Shown here piece by piece: positions 11,863 through 22,236 of a stretch of 64,000 bases of DNA. The notes under the pieces were generated by a model. That model was not told the origin of the DNA, searched no databases, and was given only the letters and a program-made list of their open reading frames with translations. The stretch is from Eledone cirrhosa (Eukaryota). Location of the stretch: assembly GCA_964016885.1 (NCBI GenBank), contig OZ024757.1:10974001-11038000 (forward strand). Reading direction: 5' to 3'. Within the stretch, counting starts at the first letter, position 1. Each line of letters begins with the position of its first letter. A program made the position numbers and the translations under genes.

Positions 11863-11952
11863 TCCTCTTGATAAGTCGGCAGACCTCGCAAGGACTCTAT
11901 ATATTTATGATGTATTGTTTTTGTTTATGCCACGAAACTACGTAGTCGAGGA
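11863..11952 (+). ncRNA. Type I hammerhead ribozyme, U3-A8 core variant, palindromic stem III
   Basis: TCCTC-TTGATAA-GT(C)GGCA...TGCCAC-GAAA-CTACGTAG-TC-GAGGA; predicted cleavage after C11947. Confidence 0.82.
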
Positions 11953-12387
11953 ATCTAGGAGCAGTTTAGGTATGATACATTTTATTACTAATTATATCTA
12001 AATGTTTCTTCTCTCTTCATAATGTATTTTTAACTCTGATACTGGTTCAGTCTAGTTCAACCGGATTGGTCTGTCCCAGTCATTCATTGAGCAACATCGG
12101 TGAAGTTGGCACCCTTAACTCACGGTTGAGTGCGAATGCATTCATGTATATGTGTGTGTCCGCATGTATCTGTGTGTTTCTAAATATATTATATATATAT
12201 ATATATATATATTGGAAAATGTGTGAGAACTTGGTATTGTTAGGTTTATTTGAAGAAAAGGAAAAGAATGACTTCACATGTAGTGTTAAAAAATATTTGA
12301 TTTAATTTTATAATATTATAATAATATGAGTTGGTTCTTTGTTAACTTCGGTGGGAAGAATTTTATAGATTCCTGGTTAACTTGGGT

Positions 12388-12827
12388 GTATATATATATA
12401 CACACACACATACATATATATGTATATATATACACATATATATATATCTTATACACACATACACACTAAACATGCATATATATTATACATATCTTGTACA
12501 TACACATATATATAAATATATATATATCACATACACACATACATATATTTTATATGCATACATATATATATATAAACTCCTATACATACATATACATATA
12601 TTTCATACACATACATATATATACACACAACATATACACATATCTATTTTCTACATACATATATATATATCGTATACACACACACCATATATATTTTTTT
12701 ACACATATACCATACATACATTTTATATACACACTATATATATCCTATACATATATATAGACACACATATATATTTTCTACATACATATATATATATATC
12801 CTATACACACACCATATACACACATAT
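12388..12827. repeat. Degenerate (CA/TA)n low-complexity tract
   Basis: Seen directly. Confidence 0.9.
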
Positions 12828-13768
12828 ATCATCATCATCAACATTTAACGTAGATCTTCCATGCTAGCATGGGTTAGATGGTAATTGTCCCACTTGAGGC
12901 AAGATTGATCAGGTGACCGTGTCTTGCTCATATAGGACATCGGGAAGGTGGGTCTTCTGTATTACTGTGTGGCGCCAAAACCTCGATCCAGTGACATTGT
13001 CTTAGAGAGGTCTAAATATGCAAGGTCAGATCATGTCGTCCCAGGTTTTTCTGGGGCTACCTACTCCGTAACTTCTATCAATTTTGATTGCCCTGCACTT
13101 TGTTATACAGCTGTCATCTTTCATGTGCATCACATCACCATACCAACGTAGTCTTCTCTCAAGTAAAAAGTATCTGATTCCTCTAATCCTAATTTCTCAC
13201 TTAGTTCGTTTATGTTTTACTGTTCATGTATTACACTTCCAACGGAGCATCCATGCTTCGTTCCTTTCCAATCTGGGCATGTCCTCTGCAAACAATGCCC
13301 ATGTCTCTATAGAACCATCTACATTCTTAGATAGCTTGCCTGTGATCCCACTATATCTTTTATGTACCCATAGTTTGCATTTGGGGCATAGAATGGAATT
13401 TCTACCTACTCCTTTCCTACACGCTGAGCATGGTCATTTCCCTGTGGGCACCTGTGCCCTATTTTTCTTTCTACATACCAGAACTTTAGTCTTAGATAAG
13501 TTATCTTTAAAGTCTTTTGATTCTAGGCCATGCTTCCATGTTTGGAATTTGTTCTCTAGTTCAGCCATAGATTCAGCTATGAGAGTTAGATAATTTGCAT
13601 ATAGAAGTTCCCATGGGCAGCCAGTCTTAAACCCCTCTGTTATAGCCTGAAGGGGAATAACAAACAGGAGGGGGCTAAGGACGGAGCTTTGATGAACACT
13701 TACTTTTATGCTAAATTCTTCAGTTAATATTTATTGTTAATTTTAACCTTGCTGACTGTGCCTTTATG
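12828..13768 (-). mobile_element. Degenerate RTE-clade LINE fragment (RT to 3' tail)
   Basis: Minus strand reads VHQSSVLSPLLF...GCPWELLYANYL (decayed QGS..SPLLF and YADD) and ERRLRWYGDVM; (GAT)n tail at 12828-12840. Confidence 0.85.
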
Positions 13769-13769
13769 G

Positions 13770-13880
13770 TCTGAGTTCAAATCCCATCGGGGTTAGCTTT
13801 GCCTTTCATCCTTACGTGGTCGATAATATAAAGTACCATAAATATTGTATAAATAAAGTACCACAAATATTGGGTTGGTC
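13770..13880 (+). mobile_element. Nin/Deu-domain SINE fragment
   Basis: TCTGAGTTCAAATCCC (B box) plus TTTGCCTTTCATCC...GGTCGATAA...GTACCA; same family as the copies at 23901 and 24220. Confidence 0.75.
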
Positions 13881-14184
13881 TGTAACAATCCATCCAACCT
13901 ATCCAGCACAGAAATACACATGTATGATGGTGATGATGATAATATCAGTTTTATATTCATACTTTCTTTTTTTGCTGTTTGCAACTTATTTTTGAGACTT
14001 TACTTACATTTATGTAAAAATAAAAATGTTTTTATCAATAATATTCCATTATTTCAGATTCCCAATTACCAGTTTCTAATACAAAACCAATGAAATCGAC
14101 GAAAGTGATTATAAAATACGTAAGTTAAATGTACTATTTTATTAGGTCCATACAATATTATATATACTGTATATACTCATATAT

Positions 14185-15375
14185 TTTGTTGACTTTGAGA
14201 AGGCATATGACTACGTTCCTTGGCCACCTGCTGTGGTAGGCTGTACAGGAGTATGTGATTGATAGTCAACTTCTTGCTGCCCTGATGTCTCTATATCAAT
14301 GCCTGAGTATCTATGTTGGGATAAATGGTGTTAAATAGAAACCATTCAATCTGGGAGTTGGACTCCACCAAGGGTGTATACTGTCAACTCTTCTGTTTGT
14401 TATTTACATGAACAGGATTGATATACGCAGCTGGGTTGGAAGTGGTATCGTGTCTGGCGGCTGTAAAATCACTTGGCTGGAATTTGATGATGACATGGTG
14501 TTATTTAACTCGACAGAAGATGATATTTGACTTGCACTTGATAGGTTTGTTGCCGAGTGCTGCATGGCTGGAATGAAAATCAGTACTGTGAAAACTGATA
14601 CACTTGTCCTCTCATGGAAGCCAGTGCAGTGTACTCTACATGTGAATGGAGTTCCACTGAAGCAGGTAGAGAAGTTCAAGTATCTTGGGGCCATGTTCAC
14701 GAGTGATGGTAGGCAGGAGGCTGAATTAAGTGTAAGAATTACAAAGGCTGGTACAGTAATATGCCAGCTTCATTAATCAGAAGGTAGGAAGGAGTAAAAG
14801 CCAAACTCACTGTTTCAATTCGACATTCATGCCAACCCTTACCTAGGGTCATGAATCTTGGATAATGACCAAAAAAATACAATCGTGAATGGGGTTCCTC
14901 CGAAGCGTCTTTGTAGTATTGTTACTCGATAGAGTGTGTAGCTCAGAGATCAGAAAGTCACTCCGAGTAGAGCTGCTACTTCTCTGAATTGAGAGATCAC
15001 AGCTCCGATACTATAGGCATGGGGCTAGAATGGGATACTTCCGAAGGGTCTTTTGAATAACGTTACTCGATAAAGTGCATAGCTTAGAGATCAGTCATTG
15101 CAGGTAGAGCAACTACTTCTCTGAATTGAGAGATGACAGCGCCAATACTCTGGGCATGAGGTTAGAATGTCTCGGGAAAGAATCGCTGGACAGATGTTAT
15201 GGGTAAAACAACCAGCAAAAGACCCAGGGGTAGATCCCGAACAAGACGTGCTTGGGCATGCAGCTGGATCAGTTGGAGATGGTTGCTTCTGACAGAACCA
15301 ATGGAAGGAGAGTTGGAGGACTCTACACCCTGACCCTATCAGGAATAAGTTGGCAAAGAAGAAAACAGATGAAAT
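14185..15375 (+). mobile_element. Degenerate RTE-type LINE fragment
   Basis: FVDFEKAYD, GLHQGCILSTLLF, FDDD, VEKFKYLG, IERSQLR; many stops; internal duplication ~14890-15030 / 15035-15170. Confidence 0.85.
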
Positions 15376-15589
15376 GGTAAAAAAGCATTACGTAATGGAA
15401 TTGTGTAACAAAAACTATATTCTAAAAGACACTTAAAACATTTTAAAGATTAAAATACTAAAACTTCATAAATATATTTTATACTCATGAGAATTTCAAA
15501 GCCACACCACCTAAACTTGTGTTGATTAGCTACCTTGGCTTACAAATGGGGTTTATAATATATATATTCTTCTTTGCTGATATATTCCT

Positions 15590-16545
15590 GGGAGGAGGGC
15601 AGTGGGGGAATATTTCTCAAGTACTCCTTCCAATGGGTCCTGTCAGAAGCAACTGTCTCCAACTGATTCAGCTGAATGCCCAAGTGAAACCAGCCAAGCT
15701 CATGGATGTTATCCAACCATCTTGCTCAGGGTCTACCCCAGGTACTCCTGATGGTTGGCTTTGCTTATAAAATCTTTTCAACAATTCTTTCCTGAGACAT
15801 TCTAACCTCATGTCTGTAGTATCAGAGTTGAGATCTCTCAATTCGGAGAAGTAGCGGCTCTACCTGGAGTGACTCTCTGATCTCCGAGTTACTCATTCTA
15901 TTGAGTAACATTGCTCCAAAGACCCTTCAAAGGAACCCCATTTCAGCCAATAGTATATGCAATCATATTCTTTCGATCATTAAACAAGATTCATGACGAT
16001 AGTTAAGGGTTGGCACCTAAACAAATTGAAGATATCGAGTTCAGCTTTCACACATACCTCCTTTCTTCTAATGACCGAATGCTGAAGCATTCGGTGTAAC
16101 TCCATTCACTTGTGGAGTGCACTAAACAGGCTTCCTTGAGAGGATGAGTGTCTCAGTCTTTGCATCACTGATTTTCATTCCTGCCATGCAGCACTTGGCA
16201 TCAAATCTGTCAAATGCATGTCAGAGATCACCTTCTCTTGAGTTAAGTAGTACGATGACGTCTGCAAAATCAGCCGACTGATCTTACACTCACCAGTCTT
16301 GATACCTCTTCCAACTTGGCTGTGCATGAGCCCATAAATATTTGTTGATCTGAAGTTGGATTCCAGCTTAACCCCAAATATTTCCCATGTCTTAATTTTA
16401 GACACCTGTACTGTCGTCTCTGCTGTGACTTTTCATGACTGCTTGTCCTGCAAGTGCAAGAAGGACTTATTTCCAAGCCACCTTCTTTGTTTGAATGGCA
16501 TGTGTGACCACTTGAGCACCAGGGGGTGCTCCAAGTTGGCAATAC
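15590..16545 (-). mobile_element. Degenerate RTE-type LINE fragment related to 14185-15375, opposite orientation
   Basis: Reverse complement matches segments of the upstream copy (GTTACTCAATAG, CAGGTAGAGCCGCTACTTCTCCGAATTGAGAGAT, AAAATCAGTGATGCAAAGACTGAGACACTC). Confidence 0.75.
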
Positions 16546-16942
16546 TTCTTATATATATTCATTGGCAATACTTATATTCTGTGTAACTACATTTTCTCAC
16601 TAGGACTTTCTTCATACAATACATGTAATATCATATTTTTCTTTGTTAACATTTATTTTTAGTGATTATTCTCATTGTTGATCATATTTGCCAAATAAAC
16701 AGCTGGATTTAATATATTTAGAGAAAATGATGTTTTCTTATTAATCCATTTATTTGAAAAACTAATATTTTCACAAAACTAATCAATATTTCTTTTTCCT
16801 ATATTTCATTTTAGATTTGGTAAATTTATCTGAAAATCTTGAAATTGTGAAGGTGTTTGGAATTACATTCATACACATAACACATATACACACACACATA
16901 TATATACATATATATAACCAGTTGTAGAAGTAGAGACAAACA

Positions 16943-19258
16943 ATGGAGGCTGCAAAAATAGTTAGTGTAGAAGACCAAATTATAAGTAGACAGTTACCCC
17001 AAGTAGTATATGACAGGGATGATTTGGTGATTCCACTACAACAGACTATTAGGGAAAATAAATCTAAGGTAATTGATAAAGTGTTACCTGAAATCCCCTT
17101 GAAAGATATCACAGTACCATGCCAAATATTATATACACCTGTTCCTCCAGTAGTAGACACTGTAAAAGTTACTGTAGAAGACACTGTAGAATATTACTCT
17201 CTACCATTAAAATATATTGTACCCTTAAAGGATGGTACTATGAGCTATATCCCACGTGTATTAACACTAAAGTACACACCACCAACTGGCTGTTGTTGTA
17301 TGGTACACTGTCAATCAGTGGTCACTGATATCGATAGGTTTAACCAAAATGTGGTAATTGCCACATTACCATTTGACAATCAAATTCTGTTCTTCTCACC
17401 CTCTAGTGTTGCAATAAAAACTCTTGAAGTCGGCTTTCATAAAATTTCATATTATAAAGATAGTAGATTCCTAGGTTTTAAATTATTAGAAAAAAATATA
17501 TATATGGTAAATTGGATTGAAAAAACATATACTGAGCAATTTGAGGTGAAACATGAGCCGAGAAGTATAGCCATAGGGCCAGACGATCGTGTTTTAGTAA
17601 TATTTTATAATTTAACCGTTATAATCTGTTATGATCTGAATGGTCATAAATTATTTCAATTTCACCTCCATTCTAAGGACATTCCTGCTGACATCACTGT
17701 TTTCAGGAATTATTTTTATGTATTTCAAGGGCAGGTTATTTATAAGATCTCCTCAATAGGTGGCATCTCTCAAAAGGATATTGGCATAAGCACTCAATAT
17801 ATTACATTTGACTTAAATAATATGTTTGTATCTGATGTTTCTGGTCAGATATATTGTTTTAAGACAAAAATGTTTTGGCCAAAGATGTCTTATTATCAAA
17901 AGACCCAAACACCATGTCTGAATGACAAAATTAATATAGAGTACCCTAACAAGATATATGAGATTCTACCTATGTCACGATCTTCTGTATTAGTTGTATA
18001 CAGGGATCTGAAAGCTATACTATACACTTACAGTGGGACAGAATTGTGTAGAGGTAAGGAATTAATATTTAAGTCCAAACCATCTAGATTTTGCAGAATA
18101 GACTCCAGCAAATTTCTGGTTCTATTCAATAAAACTAGAACTATACAACATATTACATGTCCTGAACTAAAAGAAGGTAATCTCTATTGTTTAGATAAGA
18201 ATTACATTCAAATATGTCATGTAGTATTAGATAGGTTTATGGCTTTGACCACTTGTGGAATGAATGAGGTCCATAAATTAAAGATTGAGGAAGACAAGGT
18301 AAAATGTGAAATACTAAAATCATTAGAACATGGTGATGTCAGTATAGCTACAACTCCAACTTATTTTGTTATTTTAGATAAGAAATATCGTAAATTAATA
18401 TTTCATTCTAGTTTCGGTGAAGAAGAACTTTTCGAAACATATTTTGATTTTAACAGCCGTCCCTATCATATCTACTCAGACACTTTTTACTTGTATGTTA
18501 TCTTCCCTACACTCTCTATTATGGCATGTTATGATATTTATGGAGAATATAAATGGAAATTAAAACTTCCGGTAGCTTCTCGCTTTCGTAATGGTATTTG
18601 TGAAGGAACTATATATCTATTTGACCATAACCTAGGGAGTATTCTTGTTTACAATTGTGAATCATCCATTTGTCATTTAAAAAAGTTAAATCCTTATATC
18701 AGAAATCCAACGATACGACACAAAGAAAAGGATGATAATAAAATTGCGATTGCTGAAACATGTTATCTACCCAACGGACAGTTGGTGGTGTCTGACATAA
18801 ATAATTCTTGCTTATTATACATTTCTAAGAAAGAAGGAGAAGAAATAAAAGTGTTATCTACATTTTATCTGCCATCTGTAGCTACAGATATATGTAGATG
18901 GGGTTCTAGTCAATTGGCTGTCACATTACCCCTAGAGAAAGAATTAAGGCTTATTGGAAACCTATCAAAAACTGTTAGAATGATATCATTAAACCACCCT
19001 TATGTACAGATACGGAAGTTTGGTGAGGGTAGAATTGTTGGTTATTGTGACAACAAACCAAACTATATAGACATTGTATCTATTCAAAAACATAACCAGG
19101 GTGGAGTAATGTCTAGGGTCCCTATTCCATGTCAAATAAACTCATTAGCAATAGACAATGATACATTAAATATATTTATGGTGTCTAAGAAAAAAATATT
19201 TATGTACAAAAATATATCAAAAAAAAGAACAAAAAAAAGGGTCAACGAGGTATTTTAA
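16943..19258 (+). CDS. Multi-NHL-like beta-propeller protein, part 1 (propellers 1-3)
   Basis: 771-aa ORF in AT-rich DNA. Blade motifs TDIDRF..VVIATLP, PRSIAIGPDDRVLV, PSRFCRI, CYLPNGQLVVSDINN, ATDICRW..QLAVTLP. Reading continues in the -1 frame across A8 runs at 19219-19238. Confidence 0.75.
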   Translation: MEAAKIVSVEDQIISRQLPQVVYDRDDLVIPLQQTIRENKSKVIDKVLPEIPLKDITVPCQILYTPVPPVVDTVKVTVEDTVEYYSLPLKYIVPLKDGTMSYIPRVLTLKYTPPTGCCCMVHCQSVVTDIDRFNQNVVIATLPFDNQILFFSPSSVAIKTLEVGFHKISYYKDSRFLGFKLLEKNIYMVNWIEKTYTEQFEVKHEPRSIAIGPDDRVLVIFYNLTVIICYDLNGHKLFQFHLHSKDIPADITVFRNYFYVFQGQVIYKISSIGGISQKDIGISTQYITFDLNNMFVSDVSGQIYCFKTKMFWPKMSYYQKTQTPCLNDKINIEYPNKIYEILPMSRSSVLVVYRDLKAILYTYSGTELCRGKELIFKSKPSRFCRIDSSKFLVLFNKTRTIQHITCPELKEGNLYCLDKNYIQICHVVLDRFMALTTCGMNEVHKLKIEEDKVKCEILKSLEHGDVSIATTPTYFVILDKKYRKLIFHSSFGEEELFETYFDFNSRPYHIYSDTFYLYVIFPTLSIMACYDIYGEYKWKLKLPVASRFRNGICEGTIYLFDHNLGSILVYNCESSICHLKKLNPYIRNPTIRHKEKDDNKIAIAETCYLPNGQLVVSDINNSCLLYISKKEGEEIKVLSTFYLPSVATDICRWGSSQLAVTLPLEKELRLIGNLSKTVRMISLNHPYVQIRKFGEGRIVGYCDNKPNYIDIVSIQKHNQGGVMSRVPIPCQINSLAIDNDTLNIFMVSKKKIFMYKNISKKRTKKRVNEVF

Positions 19259-22167
19259 GGGGTCCCAGCCCTGTTTCGGAGCCCAACTTTAAACCACTTT
19301 CTGATCTATATGGTGGATGTATTGATAACACTTGTCATTATCTGATAGACAAAGATGGTGTGTTGGCTATAAACAGGCATAACTCTGTGATGGTAGATCT
19401 GGTGACAAGGAAACAGTCTAACATGTTTATTGACATGGTAGATGTATTTTCTAGAAACATGTGTGTCAGTGAAATGTTTTCTTCTACATTATATCTGCAG
19501 GATCTGACAGTTTCTGATAAAGCTAAGATATTTTCACCTCCTCCTTGTTTGGAAGACACAAGACCAGTGGGTTGTGGTGGTGGTGGTTATGAAGATGATA
19601 GTGATAGTGGTAGTGATAGTGGTAGTGGTAGTGATAGTGGTAGTGGTAGTGATAGTGGTAGTGGTAGTGATAGTGGTAGTGATAGTGGTAGTGATAGTGG
19701 TAGTGGTAGTGGTAGTGATAGTGGTAGTGGTAGTGATAGTGGTAGTGGTAGTGATAGTGATAGTGGTAGTGATAGTGGTAGTGGTAGTGATAGTGGTAGT
19801 GATAGTGGTAGTGATACTGATAGAGGTAGTGATAGTGGTAGTGGTAGTGGTAGTGATAATGATAATGATAGTGATAATGGTAGTGATAATGGTAGTGGTA
19901 GTGGTAGTGATAATGATAGTGATAGTGATAGTGATAATGGTAGTGATAATGATAGTGATAGTGATAGTGATGATGGTAGTGGTAGTGATAATGGTAGTGA
20001 TAGTGAGCGTTATGGTGAGGAGGAGAAGAAGTGTTTGGTTGTTGTTACTGAAAATAACCTGATTGCATTATATGACTCCAATAACAACAACATTAAAATA
20101 TTAACATTTGATGGTCAAATTGTTGACTTTATCACATTAAATAACAATCTCCCTAAACATATATGTCGTTGGGGGTCAAACACACTGGTCATTACCACTG
20201 GTACTGACAAGATGTTAACTTTAGAAGTGGAGTTTCCATTGTATTTGGTAAGTTATAAGACAGACCATAGCTATTATGGTATAGCTTCTTTGTTAGACAA
20301 TCAACTAGTGTGTAGTAGTGTAAAGAGATATAGAGGTAGAGATAGCTATATAGGTAGACATAGATTGTTTGTCATTGATATTGATGAAATACATTCAACT
20401 GTGGATGTAAAGAAAGAAATAAACATACCTGAGTTCATCAATGACATACAATATAGATATTATGGTAGTGGTCTCACCTCTGATATTGTAGTTAATGTTA
20501 AGAATGAGATTATATTTCACAATGGTAGATATATCACTTTCTTCAGATATAAAACTGGTTATTTACATTCACACAGACAATATTATTATGACATACCACC
20601 AAACACCTGTATAACAACAGATGACAATTATTTGTACATTTATGGAGAGTGGAGATTATATAAATACTACAATGAAGACAGAGATTACCAGATTGTTTGT
20701 TTGTCACAGACTGGTAAATACAGGGAAATATTTTTAAATAAAAGACATTATAGACATAACATATGTTTCACCAGCATTAACTGTAAAGGTCCAAGGTTTG
20801 TTGGATATGACTGGAGGAGAAAGTGTTTATATGTTGAAGGTTTATATGAACTTAATAGGGAAACATTCCCTGTTTGCCGTGTAAAAACAGACCAAAGCTC
20901 TGTTGAAATAAAAGATATGGACATCACTGATGATGGTCAAACAGTTGTCTATGAAATAACCAATTATGGTAATGTTAAAATATTTCAGAGAGATGGGGAA
21001 CTGTTATGTCACAGAAATGTTGAAACTTTAGTTGGTGGGGTCTGTTTTACAGAAGAAGGAGGTTTTATTATGGTTACACTTCCTAATGAATATCAATTAA
21101 TTCAACTAAAGAAGGAAGATTTGACAGAATATCATGTTTGGTCCAGTTCTCTACCTTATGGTCTTATATCGAGGATAAAAGAAAATATTTACTTCTGTCG
21201 ACATATCAACTTGACAGAATATCATATGATAAAGATTGTTGACAACAAACTGAATGGTCTGGAACATAGTACATTACATCTGGATTATCATCTGCCTCAA
21301 GCAAGATGTACTACTACTACTTCAGCTGAAATAATTAACAATTTACTAGAGGTGAGAAGTGGTAATTACAAGGCAGAGTGTATCTCAGGAAATGATGAAA
21401 TATCAGTGAGATTTTTACCACATGTTATGAACATGTCTTATCTTTCCTATCCCATGTATTCTGACATATCTAAATATACTGAGAGATGTCAGGTTGATGG
21501 GGATGAATATTTTGAGGAATATAGGAGGGACATCATCTACTACAGTAAACTAATTATGTTACATGACAATGTGGCAGTGTTCATGTTGAAGAATATTCTC
21601 ACAGTAACAACAACAGAAGGTAAAATAATCCATGGCAAAATATTACCAGAAACACCAATAGACATTTGCAGATGGTCAGATAATTGTTTTATTCTCCTTT
21701 ACTATCATAAAATGGTGATTTACAGAGAAAATATTTCTCACATTAAAAAGGTGAAACTTGAGAAATACTACAGCCATATCTATAAAAAGAATGGCAACCA
21801 ACTTGTGTGTAGTTATGATGGTGATGATGATGATATGTTTAAATATAACAGTGAGGTATATGGTGGTGGTGATGATGATATGTTTAAATATAACAGTGAG
21901 GTATATAGTGGTGATGATGATGATATGTTTAAATATAACAGTGAGGTATATGGTGGTGATGGTGGTGGTGGTGGTATGTTTAAATATAACAGTGAGGTAT
22001 ATGGTGGTGGTGGTATGTTTAAATATGACCCTGGGCACTCTCCTTATGTAGATATAGTTGATATCTACAGTGGAACAGTGTTGAAGTGTCTGTTAGAGAC
22101 GAGGATAAGGTGGCGGAGTTGGAGAGGGTGGTGGGGGAGAGAGGGAGGGTGGAGAGGGAGAGGGTGA
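19201..22167 (+). CDS. Multi-NHL-like beta-propeller protein, part 2 (end of propeller 3, SDG linker, propellers 4-6)
   Basis: Frame open from at least 19201, overlapping part 1. Motifs PKHICRW..TLVIT, DMDITDDGQTVV..NVKIFQRDG, GGVCF...VTLP, PIDICRW. Confidence 0.75.
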   Translation, partial: YVQKYIKKKNKKKGQRGILRGPSPVSEPNFKPLSDLYGGCIDNTCHYLIDKDGVLAINRHNSVMVDLVTRKQSNMFIDMVDVFSRNMCVSEMFSSTLYLQDLTVSDKAKIFSPPPCLEDTRPVGCGGGGYEDDSDSGSDSGSGSDSGSGSDSGSGSDSGSDSGSDSGSGSGSDSGSGSDSGSGSDSDSGSDSGSGSDSGSDSGSDTDRGSDSGSGSGSDNDNDSDNGSDNGSGSGSDNDSDSDSDNGSDNDSDSDSDDGSGSDNGSDSERYGEEEKKCLVVVTENNLIALYDSNNNNIKILTFDGQIVDFITLNNNLPKHICRWGSNTLVITTGTDKMLTLEVEFPLYLVSYKTDHSYYGIASLLDNQLVCSSVKRYRGRDSYIGRHRLFVIDIDEIHSTVDVKKEINIPEFINDIQYRYYGSGLTSDIVVNVKNEIIFHNGRYITFFRYKTGYLHSHRQYYYDIPPNTCITTDDNYLYIYGEWRLYKYYNEDRDYQIVCLSQTGKYREIFLNKRHYRHNICFTSINCKGPRFVGYDWRRKCLYVEGLYELNRETFPVCRVKTDQSSVEIKDMDITDDGQTVVYEITNYGNVKIFQRDGELLCHRNVETLVGGVCFTEEGGFIMVTLPNEYQLIQLKKEDLTEYHVWSSSLPYGLISRIKENIYFCRHINLTEYHMIKIVDNKLNGLEHSTLHLDYHLPQARCTTTTSAEIINNLLEVRSGNYKAECISGNDEISVRFLPHVMNMSYLSYPMYSDISKYTERCQVDGDEYFEEYRRDIIYYSKLIMLHDNVAVFMLKNILTVTTTEGKIIHGKILPETPIDICRWSDNCFILLYYHKMVIYRENISHIKKVKLEKYYSHIYKKNGNQLVCSYDGDDDDMFKYNSEVYGGGDDDMFKYNSEVYSGDDDDMFKYNSEVYGGDGGGGGMFKYNSEVYGGGGMFKYDPGHSPYVDIVDIYSGTVLKCLLETRIRWRSWRGWWGREGGWRGRG
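19594..20004 (+). repeat. In-frame GAT/AGT/GGT/AAT repeat encoding a ~137-aa Asp-Ser-Gly-Asn tract
   Basis: DSGSGS units grading to DNDSDS within the ORF. Confidence 0.95.
21814..22026 (+). repeat. Coding minisatellite MFKYNSEVYGG(D/G)n, 4 full units + 1 partial
   Basis: ATGTTTAAATAT at 21835, 21880, 21925, 21976 and 22015 (spacings 45, 45, 51, 39 bp). Confidence 0.95.
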
Positions 22168-22236
22168 TGTGGGAGAGGAGGAGGTTGATGGAGGAGAGGA
22201 AGATGGTGGAGGGGGATAGGAAGAGGGGGGGTAGAG

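Larger units (their letters stand above)
11095..12190. mobile_element. Non-autonomous Penelope-like/retrozyme-like element in fold-back (inverted) arrangement
   Basis: 424-bp inverted arms 11095-11518 / 11604-12027; second inverted pair 11525-11590 / 12125-12190; 15-bp direct repeat AACTCACGGTTGAGT at 11588 and 12117; a hammerhead in each arm; (TA)n on both flanks. Confidence 0.75.

Noticed and set aside
19574-20062. Val/Ile-rich 162-aa membrane-like ORF, or bacterial Sdr adhesin/contamination
   Set aside because: Alternative frame of the SDG repeat; no LPXTG motif, signal peptide or Ig-like domains, and the flanks are metazoan repeats.
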